64,000 bases of DNA from Utricularia gibba (Eukaryota; Plantae; Magnoliophyta). Position numbers and translations under genes: made by a program. This document shows positions 63,077 to 64,000 of the stretch, one piece after another; the first letter of the stretch is position 1; each line of letters opens with the position of its first letter. The notes under the pieces are model-generated. The model had not been told where the DNA came from, made no database searches, and saw nothing but the letters and a program-made list of their open reading frames with translations. The stretch lies in NCBI GenBank assembly GCA_002189035.1, contig NEEC01000007.1:806001-870000 (forward strand), in the 5' to 3' direction.

Positions 63077-64000
63077 ATGGAGGTGGAGACTCCTGCTCCG
63101 GGCTTGTCGTCTTGGAAGGATGCATTGACCAATCTGAGAGATACGCCGCAACAAGAAAGCCAGAAAATCGATCTCTTTCCCGCCGCCGCGGCTCCTGCGA
63201 GCGACGGCCGTGTACTGGTGGGGAGCTGCACGTCATCGAAGGGAATTTCGGTGGCTGTGGTTGACGCTAACGCTATAATACATGGTGGGGAGAAACTTTT
63301 TCACTCTGCTGACCGATTCGTCTCCATTTCGGAAGTCATCAGCGAAATCCGCGACTCGCGTTCTCGCCACGCCCTCAATTTCTTGCCTTTTGATGTTGAT
63401 ATACTTGAGCCGTCGCCTGAGGCGTTGAAGAAAGGTATTCTTATCTCTTCAGCCGTAAGTGTTTTCCGTTGTATCTTTTTGGTTGTTGTTACTTGCCCTA
63501 GACTAGATGTTTGCAACCCTCATGTCTAGAAGGTGATCATTGACTTGGCGGCATCCATCTGGGGTTATTTTTCTCAGTAACACGTTCTCGTGTATACTTA
63601 ATTTTGCAGTGATCAGCTTCGCGAAAGCCACAGGTGATTTCCGAACGCTTTCCGATGTGGATTTAAAGCTAATTGCTTTAACTTATATGTTCGAGGTTCA
63701 ACTGCATGGGACACAGCATCTCAGAGAAAATCCGCCTCCCATTCAAGCAGTTAATGTTAAAAGGCTTCCTGAGAAGGATTTACCCGGCTGGGGTTCGAAT
63801 GTGCCGAATATAGAGGAATGGGAAGCACTGGACCGTGCAGATGAGGATATATCAAATCAAAAATCCCGGATTTTACCTCTTCAAAATCTGAGCTTTGATA
63901 CCTTCGATACTCATTCTCCTGATCAACATCTTCCAGGGGATGCTTCAAAGGGAGATGGAATGGACTCAGAGGCCCCAAATCTTCCGGATGTTGATGATGC
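63077..64000 (+). CDS. NOB1: RNA-binding NOB1 (PIN-domain endonuclease for 18S rRNA maturation); runs off the window edge
   Basis: KGISVAVVDANAII, EVISEIRD, ALKK|VISFAKATGDFRTLSDVDLKLIALTY and LPGWGSNVPNIEEWEAL; exon 2 is open to the end of the window. Confidence 0.95.

Noticed and set aside
3-64000. Many ORF-track entries antisense to or overlapping real genes (e.g. 9003-9320, 23245-23655, 39103-39531, 44539-45111, 50970-51407)
   Set aside because: They are shadow ORFs of GC-rich exons with no independent family motifs.
1-64000. tRNA, rRNA, CRISPR arrays or intact transposase/retrotransposon ORFs
   Set aside because: None were recognised anywhere in the window.

Overview
Plant (eudicot) nuclear genomic DNA with a compact layout: about 20 spliced or intronless protein-coding genes in 64 kb, short introns (mostly 70-300 nt) and AT-rich spacers. 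Gene order: two tandem UGT72-like glucosyltransferases (the first cut by the window edge), a CRF-type AP2/ERF, a pectin acetylesterase, a MIR319 microRNA locus, an At5g41620-family coiled-coil gene, a MAKR, SPO11-2, ISPF/MDS, a HIPP, an ankyrin-PGG gene, a BEL1-like homeobox gene, a BTB/POZ gene, a COPT, an unassigned spliced ORF, the HAD phosphatase PYRP2, three WAT1-related/UMAMIT transporters, serine racemase and NOB1 (cut by the edge). Seven genes between 3 and 34 kb each carry a single 1-nt deletion frameshift, mostly in short homopolymers. One of them is the meiotic gene SPO11-2, so this is most likely consensus error in the assembly rather than pseudogenisation. I found no convincing new multi-gene system. 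The most interesting items are the MIR319 hairpin with a splice donor just downstream, an orphan spliced ORF, a precise intron loss in one WAT1 paralog, two GC-AG introns and several motif-level deviations. Gene names and Arabidopsis locus IDs come from recalled family knowledge; no database search was run.
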